Positions 40,462 through 53,600 of a DNA stretch of 64,000 bases are shown piece after piece. The first letter of the stretch is position 1, and each line of letters starts with the position of its first letter. The notes under the pieces were generated by a model. That model made no database searches. It was not told where the DNA came from and saw nothing but the letters and a program-made list of their open reading frames with translations. Source of the DNA: Methanobacteriota archaeon (GTDB lineage: Archaea; Halobacteriota; Bog-38; Methanoflorentales; Methanoflorentaceae). The DNA lies in contig CAVRAO010000002.1 of the NCBI GenBank assembly GCA_963719035.1, positions 128,001-192,000 of the forward strand. Reading direction: 5' to 3'. Made by a program: the position numbers and the translations under genes.

Positions 40462-41405
40462 TCGAACCGCGAAGCTGCCTCAATGAGCTCACGTACCTTT
40501 TTGACACGATATGCGAATAATCGAAATCCTATTCGCTCAGCGATCGTAAAACGGAGATTGCCTCCAGCAGCGTGTGGGTGTCCTCCTCCGCCAAACAACA
40601 TAGCAATTTGATTACTTACCGGAGCAACCGTTCTTACGGAAAAAATGCCATTAGCTCGCAATACTAACTCTGTTCTTGAATTATATCTCTGCCTCAACTT
40701 CGCAGCGACATCACTCGTGTAACCATCACTTATCGTGACCGCAGTATGATTAAAAAGAGCAGAAGTGCGCAACGCGTTGTTTATGGACGTATTTTTCTGA
40801 GCTGTTTGCACAGCATACAAGTGCTCGATCTCGGGATCTGTGAAAATTCCTTGCGCCAGCTTCGAAGCAACCTTCTCTCTCACCGCATAATCACTTACCA
40901 CGGTCGACAGCACTTCTGAGCGGTGGTCTTTGTTAATCCAGAGGTCCCTATCCCTCCCTATTGCTGCAATTTCTTGGGCGATCGGATCGCTTTTTAGCAG
41001 ATCCTGATACACTATCTCGCACCCGCATAAATCGCGATTGACACTCAAATAATCGATAGTGTTCGTAACATCCTCTAAAGTCTGAGTGTCCCATATGTGA
41101 TGATCCCGCCACTCAACATCCCATCCATTGCGCTTTAGCGTTGCAACGGACTCGACAGCGTTCTGTCTACCGCCAAGATCAGACATGCATAGCGTGAGGC
41201 TCCTAGTTCTTGGGACTTGAGTAAAGAGGTCTAAATATGTGCCGTAATCTTGCACAGAAGAAAAAACTGTCAGCACATTTCCATATTTTCTTCTAAAAAT
41301 AGCATCACAACAAACAGCATCTAAATCAGTATGCGTCAAGTGAATTATATTTCCATTAAATCTGTTCAACCTGCCAAGAACCCCTTTGCCGGCGTTTCTG
41401 CGCAT
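40452..41405 (-). CDS. DHH-family phosphoesterase
   Basis: THTDLDA, WRDHH, GGGGHPHAAG. Confidence 0.9.
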   Translation of the reverse strand: MRRNAGKGVLGRLNRFNGNIIHLTHTDLDAVCCDAIFRRKYGNVLTVFSSVQDYGTYLDLFTQVPRTRSLTLCMSDLGGRQNAVESVATLKRNGWDVEWRDHHIWDTQTLEDVTNTIDYLSVNRDLCGCEIVYQDLLKSDPIAQEIAAIGRDRDLWINKDHRSEVLSTVVSDYAVREKVASKLAQGIFTDPEIEHLYAVQTAQKNTSINNALRTSALFNHTAVTISDGYTSDVAAKLRQRYNSRTELVLRANGIFSVRTVAPVSNQIAMLFGGGGHPHAAGGNLRFTIAERIGFRLFAYRVKKVRELIEAASRFDQS

Positions 41406-41486
41406 CTTGCTTAAGCTCCAATCTTTCCCCGAGCATCCGTAGATGGGTCGAACGACGTCAAACTCATTTTAGCGCTTCTCATCTTG

Positions 41487-42743
41487 TTATCTGCTTGGGA
41501 ATACAGCGTACCCTTGATTACGCCTCCTGATGAGCGGTTCTGCGAGATGCCGTCTCGCTGATGGCGTGACTTCATATGCCCCGAGCATAACACCCCTTCT
41601 TTCGGACGTTTGGCTTGTGTGTCGCGCTCTCTTAACAGTTTTGCACTTGTCGCATCTAAATCCCTGTTCACGCCCGAGCGACTTCATGCTCTTATTACAA
41701 CAAATAGGATTTGCTTTTTTGTATTGATCGCTCAGGTTTACAATTTGTAGCTTCTCCAAGTGAAGGCAGTTATTCACGTAGCTTCCTTGCACGATCACGG
41801 CATCATCAAAGCGTAATTTGCGAACTGTTGCCCTGAATTGTTTAGTCGGCTCGAACGCAGCGCACAACAATGTACCACTATTATCTTTTACTTCGAAGAA
41901 CGTATGGCCGCCAGTTATTGTATGTGGTTCGCTTATGACTGTTGCAGTCACGATGTACGAGCAGCCTTGTTGCAAGTCTCGAATTTGAGCGTTTCGAACG
42001 TGCGCATCTGTTCCTTGATTAGTCTTGTAAAGCGTTAGATGCTCAAATGGTTCTGAAATAATTTTGCTATGCGCTTTTAGCATTTGAAAAGGATCCTCTC
42101 CCCTAATCCCATATAATATCGGATCGGAAGAGTGAGGAGCGAAGATTATCTCTTTATTTTTTCGATCAACAGTATCCCACGTGTACGGGTAAGTGGACAA
42201 ATCCGCGCGCCTTACCGAGCCTGCGTTTATGTATCGTTTTTTTGCAAAGTTGGCCTCAAAACGATACGCGATAAGCTCAAAAGTCGATTCCTCACCAAGT
42301 GTTGCACCTATTGCCGCAAGTGCCCCGATCAAACCTCGTCCGTTCTTAAATGATAAAAAATCTAACCCATGTTTCTCGATAAGTTCGGTTGCCTCACTTA
42401 TACATAGTTCGGCGTGCATGGCATCGTTCGCGAAGGACTGTATATCTGATGGAACTGTTTCATTGTCAAAAAATACAGCTCCTGGATGCGTGCCCTCGTC
42501 CTCGAGATGCGCCATTCGTTCAATGTGCTTGCGCACGATATCCAAGACGTCATACGACTGTTCAATTGAGATACATATAGAAGCATTTCCCCTCGTCTTG
42601 AATCGTATTGTCGGATTAAGTCGTATCAAGCGAAGCTCTATGTTTTCGTCCAATTCTTGCTGAAGTGCTTTTTTTAAGATAGTCCCCAAATAAGTCGTAC
42701 ACATTCCGCGCGGTGAATCGGTATCATCAATGCCAATAAGCAT
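41487..42743 (-). CDS. tiaS: tRNA(Ile2) agmatinylcytidine synthase
   Basis: IGIDDTDS..GMCTTY, LIRLNP...KTRGN, TNQGTD, AAFEPTK.FR. Confidence 0.95.
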   Translation of the reverse strand: MLIGIDDTDSPRGMCTTYLGTILKKALQQELDENIELRLIRLNPTIRFKTRGNASICISIEQSYDVLDIVRKHIERMAHLEDEGTHPGAVFFDNETVPSDIQSFANDAMHAELCISEATELIEKHGLDFLSFKNGRGLIGALAAIGATLGEESTFELIAYRFEANFAKKRYINAGSVRRADLSTYPYTWDTVDRKNKEIIFAPHSSDPILYGIRGEDPFQMLKAHSKIISEPFEHLTLYKTNQGTDAHVRNAQIRDLQQGCSYIVTATVISEPHTITGGHTFFEVKDNSGTLLCAAFEPTKQFRATVRKLRFDDAVIVQGSYVNNCLHLEKLQIVNLSDQYKKANPICCNKSMKSLGREQGFRCDKCKTVKRARHTSQTSERRGVMLGAYEVTPSARRHLAEPLIRRRNQGYAVFPSR

Positions 42744-42860
42744 GCTAGTGAGGGCGCCTCATTTTTTTATCGATAGAAGTATATAAATAGCTTTTTGAAC
42801 ATATAATGCGAGGTAGAATAGCCTGCGCGCTCAAATGGCTTAAAAAGGAGAGCGACAGTA

Positions 42861-43802
42861 ATGCGCCAAGACCTGTTGGTGGATCAAACCACAGAAGTGT
42901 TACATACGGCTGGATTCGTCACATCGAAGAGATGTGATGTTCGATCCAGGTGTTTCGATATCACCGCCAGAAGGGGCTCAATTCTGCTTTTCCTAAAAAT
43001 GCTTTCAAATATCGATGGGTTAAGCGAAGACACCGCTCTAGAACTCAAGAAGCTAGCCGAGTACTTCTTTGCATCACCGTTGTTAATTGGCGAAAAAGCT
43101 CGAAATCACGAACTCCAGGCAGGCGCCGTCTATGCGCGGTATGGAATTCCTGCAGTTAACGTCGATACGCTTTCAGATTTTTTTGTCGATGAGCTGCCGC
43201 CACTCATCTATGCTGCTCCCGGAGGGCTTTACGTTAAACTAGATGGACGGGCGCTCAACGCTGCTCGCACTGACATGAATCTCTCTTTGGGTGCAATAGC
43301 CTCGCAACTAGGGGTTTCAAGAAGAAGCATTCGCAAATACGAAGAGGGAATGGATGCTAAGGTTGAAATAGCTGTTAGACTTGAGGCAGTTCTCGACGCG
43401 CCGTTTGCTGTGCCGATAAGTCTTCTTACTCGACATGTTTTTAATCCGGAATCAGCAAAACCTGAAACGTTGCCACCCATCGAACGAAAGGCCATATCAC
43501 TGCTTGTTGACTTAGGCTTTACTGTGTTGCCCATGTTTCAAGCCCCATTTGATATGTTGTCACAAACTAAAGAGGACACCCTCCTCACCGGAATCAGCAA
43601 AAATGCGAGCTTAATGGCAAAAAGGGCTGAACTGATGAGCAGCATATCGCGGGTCGTTTCAGCTCATTCATTGTACATAACCGACGAAGAGCCCAAGTCT
43701 CTCCGAATTTTTGACACCGTTATCGTGCGCATGCAAGAGCTAAAAGACTTGGATAGCTCGACCGAGCTGGTACACCTCGTGCGAGAAAGATCTGAAGAGT
43801 AG
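42861..43802 (+). CDS. Conserved archaeal Cro/C1-type HTH regulator (thermosome/tiaS neighbour)
   Basis: [30 protein letters not shown]. Confidence 0.88.
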   Translation: MRQDLLVDQTTEVLHTAGFVTSKRCDVRSRCFDITARRGSILLFLKMLSNIDGLSEDTALELKKLAEYFFASPLLIGEKARNHELQAGAVYARYGIPAVNVDTLSDFFVDELPPLIYAAPGGLYVKLDGRALNAARTDMNLSLGAIASQLGVSRRSIRKYEEGMDAKVEIAVRLEAVLDAPFAVPISLLTRHVFNPESAKPETLPPIERKAISLLVDLGFTVLPMFQAPFDMLSQTKEDTLLTGISKNASLMAKRAELMSSISRVVSAHSLYITDEEPKSLRIFDTVIVRMQELKDLDSSTELVHLVRERSEE

Positions 43803-43914
43803 TCGCGCTTCAGGTTGGCCCTTATTTTCGACACAACGCTTTTATAGAACTTTATGCATAGTTAAGTCCGAACCTGTACACGTTGAAACTAATTACAGTA
43901 TTTGGAGGGAAAAA

Positions 43915-45606
43915 ATGGCAGGACAACTGGGTGGACAAATTGGACAACTGGGTGGACAACCCATACTTATTCTGAAGGAAGGCAGTCAGAGGACTAGAGG
44001 AAAAGAAGCCCAAGGCATGAATATTACCGCAGCTAAGGCGGTTGCTTCTGCAGTAAGAACAACGCTAGGTCCCAAAGGAATGGACAAGATGTTGGTTGAT
44101 ACGCTGGGCGACGTTGTCATTACGAACGACGGGGTTACGATTCTGAAGGAGATGGACATCGAACACCCTGCAGCAAAGATGATAGTCGAGGTAGCTCGTA
44201 CCCAAGACGATGAGGTTGGAGATGGGACTACAACGGCCGTAATCCTTACTGGCGAACTGCTCCGAAAAGCCGAAAACCTTTTGGAACAAGATGTGCACCC
44301 AACCGTCATAGCATCTGGATTCAGACTTGCAGCAGTAAAAGCGCGCGAGATCCTTGACGATGTGGCAATCTCTGTCTCACCTGAAGATGAGGGGCTTTTG
44401 ACAAAAGTCGCAATTACGGCGATGACCGGCAAGGGCGCTGAAGCATCTAAGGAAAAGCTCGCAAGCTTGTGCGTAAAAGCGGTCAAAGCTGTCGTCGAAA
44501 TTGAAAATGGGAAGAACACTTTTGACATCGACAACATCAAGATTGAAAAGAAAGTCGGCGGCAGCATCGACTCATCCGAACTCGTTGAAGGTATGATCAT
44601 AGATAAGGAACGTGTCTCCACTGGAATGCCAAAACGCGTGACAAAAGCAAAGATTGCTTTGATAAATGGTGCGATCGAGCTGAAGGACACCGAGGTTGAC
44701 GCTGAAATATCCATTACGTCGCCTGACCAGCTGCAGGCATTCCTCAGTCAAGAGGAAGAGATGATTAAGGGCATGGTTGACAAGATCAAGAGCAAGGGTG
44801 CTAACGTCGTATTCTGTCAAAAGGGGATTGACGACTTAGCTCAACACTACCTTTCAAAAGCTGGGATCCTCGCAGCAAGGCGCGTTAAGAAGAGCGATAT
44901 GGAGAAACTCGCTAGAGCTACGGATGCAAAAGTCGCCTCGAGCGTAGACGAACTTGAAAAAGACGACCTCGGTCGCGCAGGACTTGTTGAAGAGCGCAAA
45001 GTCGGCGGCGATGAAATGATTTTTGTTGAGAAGTGCGAAAATCCGAAAGCAGTGTCGATCATGCTTCACGGTGGTACCGAACACGTCGTTGATGACATAG
45101 AGAGAGCAGTCACAGATGCGTTGCGAGTAGTCGGTGTCACGATCGAGGACGAAAAGCTTGTAGCCGGCGGCGGTGCAACGGAAGTCGAACTTGCGCTAAA
45201 ACTTCGAGACTATGCGTCTACAGTTGGTGGCCGCGAGCAACTCGCCATTAACGCGTTTGCAGATGCGTTAGAAGTCATTCCAAAGACACTTGCAGAAAAC
45301 GCCGGTCTTGATACAATAGACACGCTCGTTGAGCTAAGATCAAAACACGAGCAAGGCAAAAAGACTGCCGGATTGAACGTTTTCACCGGCGAAGCGATAG
45401 ATATGGTCAAGGCAGGAGTTGTTGAGCCACTTCGGATAAAGACACAAGCAGTCGGTTCAGCGTCAGAATCCGCGATAATGATTCTGCGAATTGATGACGT
45501 TATAGCAGCGAGCAAGCTTTCAGCACCACCAATGCCTGAAGGTGGCATGGGTGGCATGGGCGGAATGGGCGGAATGGGTGGTATGGGCGGCATGCCGCCA
45601 ATGTAA
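43915..45606 (+). CDS. thsA: Thermosome (group II chaperonin) subunit
   Basis: [20 protein letters not shown] tail. Confidence 0.96.
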   Translation: MAGQLGGQIGQLGGQPILILKEGSQRTRGKEAQGMNITAAKAVASAVRTTLGPKGMDKMLVDTLGDVVITNDGVTILKEMDIEHPAAKMIVEVARTQDDEVGDGTTTAVILTGELLRKAENLLEQDVHPTVIASGFRLAAVKAREILDDVAISVSPEDEGLLTKVAITAMTGKGAEASKEKLASLCVKAVKAVVEIENGKNTFDIDNIKIEKKVGGSIDSSELVEGMIIDKERVSTGMPKRVTKAKIALINGAIELKDTEVDAEISITSPDQLQAFLSQEEEMIKGMVDKIKSKGANVVFCQKGIDDLAQHYLSKAGILAARRVKKSDMEKLARATDAKVASSVDELEKDDLGRAGLVEERKVGGDEMIFVEKCENPKAVSIMLHGGTEHVVDDIERAVTDALRVVGVTIEDEKLVAGGGATEVELALKLRDYASTVGGREQLAINAFADALEVIPKTLAENAGLDTIDTLVELRSKHEQGKKTAGLNVFTGEAIDMVKAGVVEPLRIKTQAVGSASESAIMILRIDDVIAASKLSAPPMPEGGMGGMGGMGGMGGMGGMPPM

Positions 45607-45717
45607 AAGCGGTACTCCCGCTTTTCTTTTTTTTACAACAGCCCGGAGTTAACCAAGCTTGACGTGCTACGTAGCTTTAAATAGTTGAGAAGATAGAGAA
45701 AAATATAGGAGTTTGAA

Positions 45718-46041
45718 ATGATCGCAGTTACAGAAATTGCAGCAAAAGAGTTAAAAGACCTACTAGTAAAAGAAGGCAAGTCCGAGTATGGTTTGAGGAT
45801 ATCATACGGCGGAATGGGCTGCGGAGGACCGCAGTATACAATGTCTCTTGACGAAAACCCCACGACAGGAGAAGATGTACAAGAGTCAAACGGGGTTAAA
45901 ATGTACGTTGAAAAGAATGTAGAAGACGCACTAGATGGCGCAGAAATCGATTTTGTGGACGACCCAGTATTCGGTAAGGGATTTACTATTAAACATCCGA
46001 GCCTTACAGGATGCGGCTCGTGCGGCGGCGGTTGTGGCTAG
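45718..46041 (+). CDS. HesB/IscA-family Fe-S assembly protein
   Basis: GMGCGGPQY, GAEIDFV, GCGSCGGGC. Confidence 0.88.
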   Translation: MIAVTEIAAKELKDLLVKEGKSEYGLRISYGGMGCGGPQYTMSLDENPTTGEDVQESNGVKMYVEKNVEDALDGAEIDFVDDPVFGKGFTIKHPSLTGCGSCGGGCG

Positions 46042-46215
46042 TTAAACTCCCCCATCCCTCTTTTTCCTTTTTACTTTTTTTCTTATCATTCAACCCGCGC
46101 AGGCGGCAAGCTATTTTTACAGTTCTTTTTGAGCCTTGATCTATTCAGCGTAAAACATCGCTACCACTCAGCGATAGAAAAACTAAAGTTGGCGAACGAC
46201 TAACTGAATAGCTAT

Positions 46216-47211
46216 ATGATAGGCATGATCCTCTGCGGCGGGTATGGTAAACGACTTAAACCTTATACCGAAGATATTCCGAAGCCACTCATAGACATCA
46301 CGGACGATTACACAATTCTAGACCGACAGCTCTATGACATGGCTAACAGTGATATCGAGAGCGTCATACTGCTCACCGGTTACTTAAGTGAGAAGATCGA
46401 GGAGCGCTATGGCGATCGATATCGTGGCATGAGGATTCAGTACTCCGTAGAAGACAAACCGTTAGGTACGCTTAATGCAATAAAACTCGGAATAAATTTG
46501 ATAGACGACAAGGAGACCGTGTTGATCCGTAACGGAGACGTTGTTTCCGACATCAATCTTAAGAAGATGATAAAAAAGTACGAGGCCAGCGATTTCAAAG
46601 CTATGATGTTTGTAACGAAAATGCGCAGCCCCTACGGGATTGTTGAGCTGGGCGAAGATCATATACGTTCTTTTAAGGAAAAGCCGCTTCTGGAGTATTA
46701 CATTAATGGAGGAATTTACCTCCTCGACTCAGATGTCCCGTTCAGCGATTTTGAAACGGGGGAAATCGAGAAAACCGTGTTTCCTGTCCTAGCTGATACT
46801 AACCAACTCGGATACTACAAGGAAAATACGTTTTGGATGTCAATCGATACAACGAAAGATCTTGAAGAGATTAAAAAAGAATACGCGAACAGGACTGACA
46901 AACCGTGGGGGTATGAAAAGGTACTCATCAGCACAGAGAATTATCTCACTACAGAGATATATATAAAGGAAGGTTACACGACTTCGTATCATTATCACAA
47001 AGAAAAGGACGAATCACTTTTCATGCTTGAAGGCTCGTGCTACGTGCAATTTGAACATAAAAAAGAAGCCTTCGGAAGAAATGATACTATTCATATCCCA
47101 AGTGGAACTATACACAAAATTGTGGCGACGGAAAATTCTCTGATGCACAGTATTTCTACACCATTTGTTGACGACATCGTACGAGTAGAAGACTATTATC
47201 CTGGACGGTAG
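46216..47211 (+). CDS. Sugar-phosphate nucleotidyltransferase with C-terminal cupin
   Basis: [16 protein letters not shown]; KPWG..., SYHYH..KDE, H in cupin. Confidence 0.9.
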   Translation: MIGMILCGGYGKRLKPYTEDIPKPLIDITDDYTILDRQLYDMANSDIESVILLTGYLSEKIEERYGDRYRGMRIQYSVEDKPLGTLNAIKLGINLIDDKETVLIRNGDVVSDINLKKMIKKYEASDFKAMMFVTKMRSPYGIVELGEDHIRSFKEKPLLEYYINGGIYLLDSDVPFSDFETGEIEKTVFPVLADTNQLGYYKENTFWMSIDTTKDLEEIKKEYANRTDKPWGYEKVLISTENYLTTEIYIKEGYTTSYHYHKEKDESLFMLEGSCYVQFEHKKEAFGRNDTIHIPSGTIHKIVATENSLMHSISTPFVDDIVRVEDYYPGR

Positions 47212-47344
47212 TCAACAAAGCGTTACCTATGCGTGCTTGTCTGATTTAAACAGAAGGGATGTTTGGACCCCTCCCTAGAATTGAATTGCCTAAAAATAAG
47301 CAGCATGCACTTATTAGTTCTATAAAATTTCTCTACAACTTTTT

Positions 47345-48093
47345 ATGAAGGTTGGATTTAGTGCACTTGCGTTGTTTGACGTTTCTTTTGACAAGATCGT
47401 GCAAAGGGCTTCCATAGACGGGTTTGATGTTGTCGAAGTGCTTTGCGAGGGGCCGTACCTTCCACGTTTCGCTTTAAAAGATATCGCCCAGTTTGAGATT
47501 TTGTCCCAATATGACATTGAGCTGACCATTCTTCTCCTACTGTTGATCTCAATCCTGCTAGCGTAAACGTTGGAATCCGTGAAGAGACTATGAAACAACT
47601 CAATGAGACAGTAGATCTTGCAGCTTCAATAGACGCTTCAACTGTAACTACACACCCGGGTTATGTCAAGAGAATAAATGAAAGACTCACGAAGCAATCA
47701 CTTGAATTAGCGCTGAAAAGCCTGGAAAACTGGGCACAATACGCCGAAGATGTTGGTGTAGAACCCTCTATTGAGAACATGCCATGTAACTCGAAATACT
47801 TCTGCACTGATGTGGCCCAACACAAGTTGTTCGTCGAAACTTGCGGGACCTCAGCAACGATCGACGTCGGGCACGCACATACAAACGATGCCATAAGGGA
47901 GTTTTTGCAAGCGGATTTTCACGTAGCGTACTTCCATGTGAGCGATAATGATGGCCGGCGAGACCAACATCTTCCTATCGGTAAGGGAACGATCGATTGG
48001 GATCAGCTTCGTGGGATAACTAAAGCGATACTTGAATTAAACGATTATGAAGCGGTGAAGGAAAGTCGTGATGCGCTGACCGGTGTAAGCTAA
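47345..48093 (+). CDS. Sugar phosphate isomerase/epimerase (TIM barrel), frameshift near 47530
   Basis: TIH/SP..DLNPAS split across frames; HPG, IENMP, DVGHA, HVSDNDG..DQHL. Confidence 0.8.
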
Positions 48094-48168
48094 AGCGTTG
48101 AATTCAGCAACGCTCATCAGAAAAAACACGGAAAATACGTCTTTTCGATTTAAGGAGTATACAATTAC

Positions 48169-48708
48169 TTAACGCAGCATAGAATCACGACAATTAAGAT
48201 GATGTCGTGTTATTTCAAGCACGTTGCGCCAGTGTTGCCCCTTCCAAAATACCTTTTTGCAACTGTTGCATTTATAATAATCACCGTGCTTTTTAATGAA
48301 TTTCTCAATGTCGACACCCTTTGCACGAAGCTTCGCAATCTCCTGCGATTGTAGGACCTCTGAAATCGAGGCTGAATTAAGCATGCCATTGCAGATACTG
48401 CATCGAACAGCTTCTGGTTGTTCAGGGAATACCAAACTAAATTCATCTCGCACCTGGTTCAATTGATGGAGCACATTGCCATCGTCAACAAGGAGTGTCG
48501 GTATGCTATACTTCTCCATTGCTCGCATATGGAGCTGTGCATCCCTGGTCAGCAATGTTCGCCGTTCAAGCCCGGAAATCTCGAGCATATAGGTGTCCTC
48601 TGCTGCATTCGACAAACCGAAAAATGAATTCGCACTCAGAGTATCGTACCCTAAAATTCTGAGCCAGGAAGAAAGCCTACCTAGCATTCGATCAGCTAAA
48701 AACTTCAT
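48169..48708 (-). CDS. Mut7-C RNase (PIN) domain protein
   Basis: FLADRMLGRL..WLRILGYDT, RCSICNG, C..C.KVFW.G.HW. Confidence 0.92.
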   Translation of the reverse strand: MKFLADRMLGRLSSWLRILGYDTLSANSFFGLSNAAEDTYMLEISGLERRTLLTRDAQLHMRAMEKYSIPTLLVDDGNVLHQLNQVRDEFSLVFPEQPEAVRCSICNGMLNSASISEVLQSQEIAKLRAKGVDIEKFIKKHGDYYKCNSCKKVFWKGQHWRNVLEITRHHLNCRDSMLR

Positions 48709-48727
48709 AGATGTCCATTATCTTGAA

Positions 48728-49510
48728 CTATTTACCATCAATTGAGTTTTTAGACAGATATGCCTCCCACAGCGCTCGTTTTCGCTTGAAAGTTGAATAG
48801 CTCACACCAAGTTCTTCCGCAAAATCCTTTGAGGTCTTTCTGGTAGCCTTGGGCGTCGAAAGCCACTTCAAGAACTTGTCGCGATCGAAGTTGATCTTTA
48901 CATCATGCTCTGTTAAAAGTCGAAGCAAAACCCGCGCACCTTGAATCTTCCTTTTGTCTATGCCAACACGTTTTCCGATTTCAGCATCACTTGGGTAGCC
49001 TTCATAAAAAAAATCGGGGTTGCCGGATGTCATTATACTTTGATACTCACGTCCGATCTGAAGCAGCTGCTTTGGCGTAACCTTGATATGACTGCTCTCA
49101 AGGAGGGGGGCCATCTTATCTAACTGATTATCAACCTCGGGTTGGTAATCAGACTCGTATCGCCGTGACCTTCGAGAGATCGAATCCAGTTTATTTTCAG
49201 GGATAGTTATTGGAGGAAATCTATTTAAAAAACGGTTTTTTGAGGGTTCTACCACCAATCCTTCTTTTGCTAGTTGTTGAAGTATGCCTATAACACTCTC
49301 GGGGTAGATACCGAGAGATTCGCTATAGCTCACAATATCATCAATGGGAACTCCTTTCAATCTGCTAGAAGGACTTAGCGAGTTAATAACATGCATAATA
49401 GTCTTTCGAGCTTGAAGTAACTCTGAACCTTGTATCAGATTTGCTGTATTGCTCAACTGAAAAAACCCCGTATCGGCTCTTAAAACATTCTGAGCCCCTC
49501 TTACCAACAA
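48728..49510 (-). CDS. Hypothetical protein with several HTH-like segments (start uncertain)
   Basis: wHTH-like LQQLAKEGLVVEP, DAEIGKRVGID and DFAEELGVSYSTF. Confidence 0.6.
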   Translation of the reverse strand: MLVRGAQNVLRADTGFFQLSNTANLIQGSELLQARKTIMHVINSLSPSSRLKGVPIDDIVSYSESLGIYPESVIGILQQLAKEGLVVEPSKNRFLNRFPPITIPENKLDSISRRSRRYESDYQPEVDNQLDKMAPLLESSHIKVTPKQLLQIGREYQSIMTSGNPDFFYEGYPSDAEIGKRVGIDKRKIQGARVLLRLLTEHDVKINFDRDKFLKWLSTPKATRKTSKDFAEELGVSYSTFKRKRALWEAYLSKNSIDGK

Positions 49511-49923
49511 ATAGTAAGGCGTCGCAGCATTTATATTTTTTTAGACGCTAGTAATCTCAAGCGACTAGAGTGTTTAAAACAGATATCAGAGCTGTAAAGC
49601 TCTGAGCGCACTGCTACTTCGATAATCACTGGATCTACCCCTAGCCACACAAACGAGACCGTGACGCCACGCAGCGACTGGAGTCATGAGAGCAGCGCAA
49701 AACCGCAAAATTTACAGAGAGAGGCGTGTGAGTAATTACAGGTCTAAAGTGTAATAAATAGATACAACAGAAGACGAAACAAGCCTACAAACGGGAAATA
49801 GCACTTTTTAAGTGCTCCAGCTATGTGGTACGCATCACTAGCATACAATTTATATAAACAGTGTAACCTTTACGCTGATTAGCAATCATTATAATTCTTG
49901 CTTATTGCGCCAAACAGGGATAT

Positions 49924-50388
49924 TTGATGGAAGACGAACTGATGAGAATAGGGGTTTCAATACCTTCACGACTCCTTTCTGCATTTGATCAAGTCATTAA
50001 CAAGAGGGGCTACTCTTCACGATCAGAGGCAATTAGAGATGCAATTAGGGGTTATCTGCTAGATTATGAGTCGTTGGGTCAAACAGAAGGAGAACAGATT
50101 GGCGTAATTACACTAGTTTATAATCATGAGCAGCGAGGCCTTATTTCGCTTTTAACTGACATCCAACACGAAAATGCTAGCATCATTACATCGACCATTC
50201 ATATCCATTTAGATGCAATTAATTGTCTCGAGATCGATGTAGTTCGCGGGAGCGCGGCAGAAATTAGCGGGTTTGCTGAACGAATGAAGGTTCAAAGCGG
50301 AGTTTTTCAAGTGCGGACGTTTGTTATTCCCGCGCTCAGCCTTGAAAGTTCAGACCAATGTAAGAACAACAGTGTTAATGTTGGTTAA
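49924..50388 (+). CDS. nikR: Nickel-responsive regulator
   Basis: RIGVS, GYSSRSEAIRDAIR, QH, HIHLD..CLE. Confidence 0.94.
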   Translation: MMEDELMRIGVSIPSRLLSAFDQVINKRGYSSRSEAIRDAIRGYLLDYESLGQTEGEQIGVITLVYNHEQRGLISLLTDIQHENASIITSTIHIHLDAINCLEIDVVRGSAAEISGFAERMKVQSGVFQVRTFVIPALSLESSDQCKNNSVNVG

Positions 50389-50612
50389 CCAAAGACGCCC
50401 CCGATTCACGAGTTAGCCAACATAGAACGTTAAAAAGCGGATCGAAAGCCATTTAGACTTCTTAGGATGGACGAAAATACTCGACTTATTGGTGGACCAA
50501 GGATAAATTACCGTCTGAGAGATATTCACCTCGCCCGTCAAAACTGACCTTTAGAAATGGGAGCAAACCGCAGATTAAGGCCGCGTCAAAACTAAACCCA
50601 AGTGAAGCAACA

Positions 50613-53600
50613 ATGTCATATTCTCAGCAAGATTCCAACTTCGTCGCCATGGAAAAAAACATCCTTAAAGACTGGGATGATAACAACATCATAGCAAAGA
50701 GTTTAAGCGCAAACAAGGGAGCAGAACTGTTTAGATTTATTGAAGGGCCGCCAACCGCGAACGGATCTCCTGGCGTTCACCACGTTTACGCTCGAGTCGT
50801 AAAAGATCTCTTTCTTCGTTATAAAACGATGCGAGGCTATTATGTCCCCCGTATTAGCGGTTGGGATTGCCACGGACTTCCAGTTGAGATTTCTGTCGAG
50901 AAGGAACTTGAGTTTCAGAATAAAGCAAGCATAGAGACCTATGGGGTTGAACAGTTCAACAACGTCTGCCGAAGCTCTGTATTTAGCCACATCGATGAGT
51001 GGGCAGAAATGACCAAGCGAGTGGGTTTCTTGATTGATCTGACCACGCCGTATACTACGATGGACCCACACTATATCGAATCAGTTTGGTGGTCCCTTAA
51101 ACGCCTGTGGGAGCGAGATCTTATCTATGAGGGTCATAATGTCGTTCCGTTTTGTCCCCGTTGCGGGACTGCATTAAGCAGTCACGAAGTAGCCCAAGGT
51201 TACGCTATCGTAAACGAGGAGGCCGCTTTTGTGAAGTTTCCTCTTTCCGACCAAAGCAAAACCTTTTTTTTAGCCTGGACAACAACCCCTTGGACCCTCC
51301 TTTCGAATGTAGCACTTGCAGTTAATCCCGACATTCCTTATGTCAAGGTAAAAGTCAGGGACCAGTTTCTCGTTTTTGCTAAAGATTTACTGGACACAGT
51401 ATTACGTGACGAGCAACATTTTGAGGTGGCAACGGAGTGTCTTGGAAGAGAACTCAACGGAAAACGATATCAGTCCTTGTTTACTGATGGCGAGTTTAGC
51501 GTTGTGATTGCAGATTTCGTCAGTACCAGTGAGGGCACTGGCATCGTACATATCGCTCCGGCGTTCGGTGAGGATGACTTCAACGTAGCAAAGGTTGAAG
51601 GCCTCCCCCTCGTCCAACTCGTTAAACCCGATGGACGGTTTGAGGATCATGTCGATTTGGTAGGTGGACTCTTCTTCATTGAAGCTAACGCCGTTATTAG
51701 GGAAGATCTTGCAGCCCGAGGCTTGCTATTTAAAAGCGAGATGTACGAACACAGCTATCCGTTCTGTTGGCGTTGCGAGACTCCACTTATGTACTACGCT
51801 CGGAAGGCGTGGTTTATCCGGATGAGTTCCTTGCGTGATGTGCTGATCCGAAATAACGAACTGGTTCAATGGCATCCAAAAGCGCTGAAACACGGACGCT
51901 TCGGCAACTTTATCGAAAATGTACGTGACTGGGCGCTGAGTCGAGAGCGCTATTGGGGAACGCCGTTACCCATTTGGAAATGTCCCAACGGCCACCTTTT
52001 GTTTGTCGGAAGCATTAATGAGCTAAATCAGCGAATGGATTCTGAAGCCTTTCTTAGTGATGTCCATAAACCATATATTGACCGCGTTGTTTTTCGTTGC
52101 GACGAATGCGGAAAGGAAATGCACCGTATCCCTGACGTGATTGACTGCTGGTATGACTCGGGTTGCGCACCCTTCGCATCGCTTCACTATCCTTTTGAGC
52201 ACAGCGACGAGTGCAAGGTACCGGTGGACTTTATAGCAGAAGGCGTCGATCAGACGCGCGGTTGGTTCTACAGCTTGCACGCAATAGCGAGTGCAGTATT
52301 CGGGTCAAATGCTTATAACAACGTAATAAGCCTCGGTCACATCGTAGACGAACATGGTCGCAAAATGTCAAAAAGCAAAGGTAACACTGTTGATCCGTGG
52401 CAAATTCTGAATAGCGAGGGAGCCGACAGCCTGCGTTGGTATCTTTTCAGCGCCGGGAATCCGGGGACTGCAAAGAAATTCTATAAAGAAGCAATCGTCG
52501 AGTCTCAGCGTAAGACGATCTCTACGCTTTGGAATGTACTCTCCTTTTTCACGACGTATGCTGAGATAGACAAGTTCGATGCGGGGTGGAACCTCGCTGA
52601 TGAACAGAGAAACCTTATCGACCGGTGGCTGCTTTCACGTTTAAACGGCTTGATTTCGAACGTAGTCGTGCACATGGATAGGTACGACTACTACGGGGCT
52701 ACTATCGAGATCGACTTATTTATCGAAGAGCTGAGCAACTGGTTTGTCAGGACGTCTAGGAGACGTTTCTGGAAGAATGAACGGGATGCGGACAAAGTCT
52801 CTGCTTATATCTCGCTTTTCGAGACTTTGTGGACTTTAAGCAAATTAATTGCTCCCTTTACGCCATTTATTTCAGAGCATATGTTCAAAACCCTTTCGCG
52901 CTTTGCTCAAGGAGCCAAAGATAGCGTTCACTTAGAGTCATACCCCAACGTTACAGTCAATCGAGTGATTCCTGAAGCAGAACAAGAGATGGCTTATACC
53001 ATGCAAATCGTCGAAGCAGGAAGAGCTGCTCGATCGTCCGCAAACATCAAAACACGACAGCCGCTCAAAGAAATGATCTGCATTGGACCTGAACTCAAGC
53101 GCAATGAGCTTAAAGCAATCGTGAAGAATGAGCTCAATCTAAAGGCTATCAATTTTAAAAAAGACGAAAAGGATCTCATTGAGTACGATGTTGGACTGAA
53201 TTTCGCAAAAGTCGGACCGAAATATAAAGATTTGGCCCCCAAAATCAAACAAGCTCTCAGCAACTTAGCGCCGGATGAGGTCTTAGAAAAACTGGATGAT
53301 AGCATCGAATTAGAGGTTGCCAAAAAAACAATTATTTTGTCAAAGGAAGATGTAACAATCTCGAAAAAAACAAAACCAGGCCTAATAAAAAGTGAGAACC
53401 GAGGCCTTAGCGTCTTTTTAAACACAGAATTGACAGTCGAACTTCGCCGAGAATTGCTCGTTCGAGAGATAATCAGGAGAATACAGGTCATGCGCAAAGA
53501 GCTGGATTTAGCGTATACCGCTCGAATTAAGGTCGGTTACCGTTGCTCGAGTGAAGTCTCACAGGCCATTCAAACTTTTAAATCGTATGTCAAAGATGAG

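Noticed and set aside
43921-43959. 18-bp duplication ggacaactgggtggacaa at the thermosome start
   Set aside because: Small in-frame duplication in a flexible N-terminus; no wider significance evident.
45541-45595. Tandem ggcatgggc/ggaatgggc repeats
   Set aside because: Ordinary GGM tail of chaperonins.
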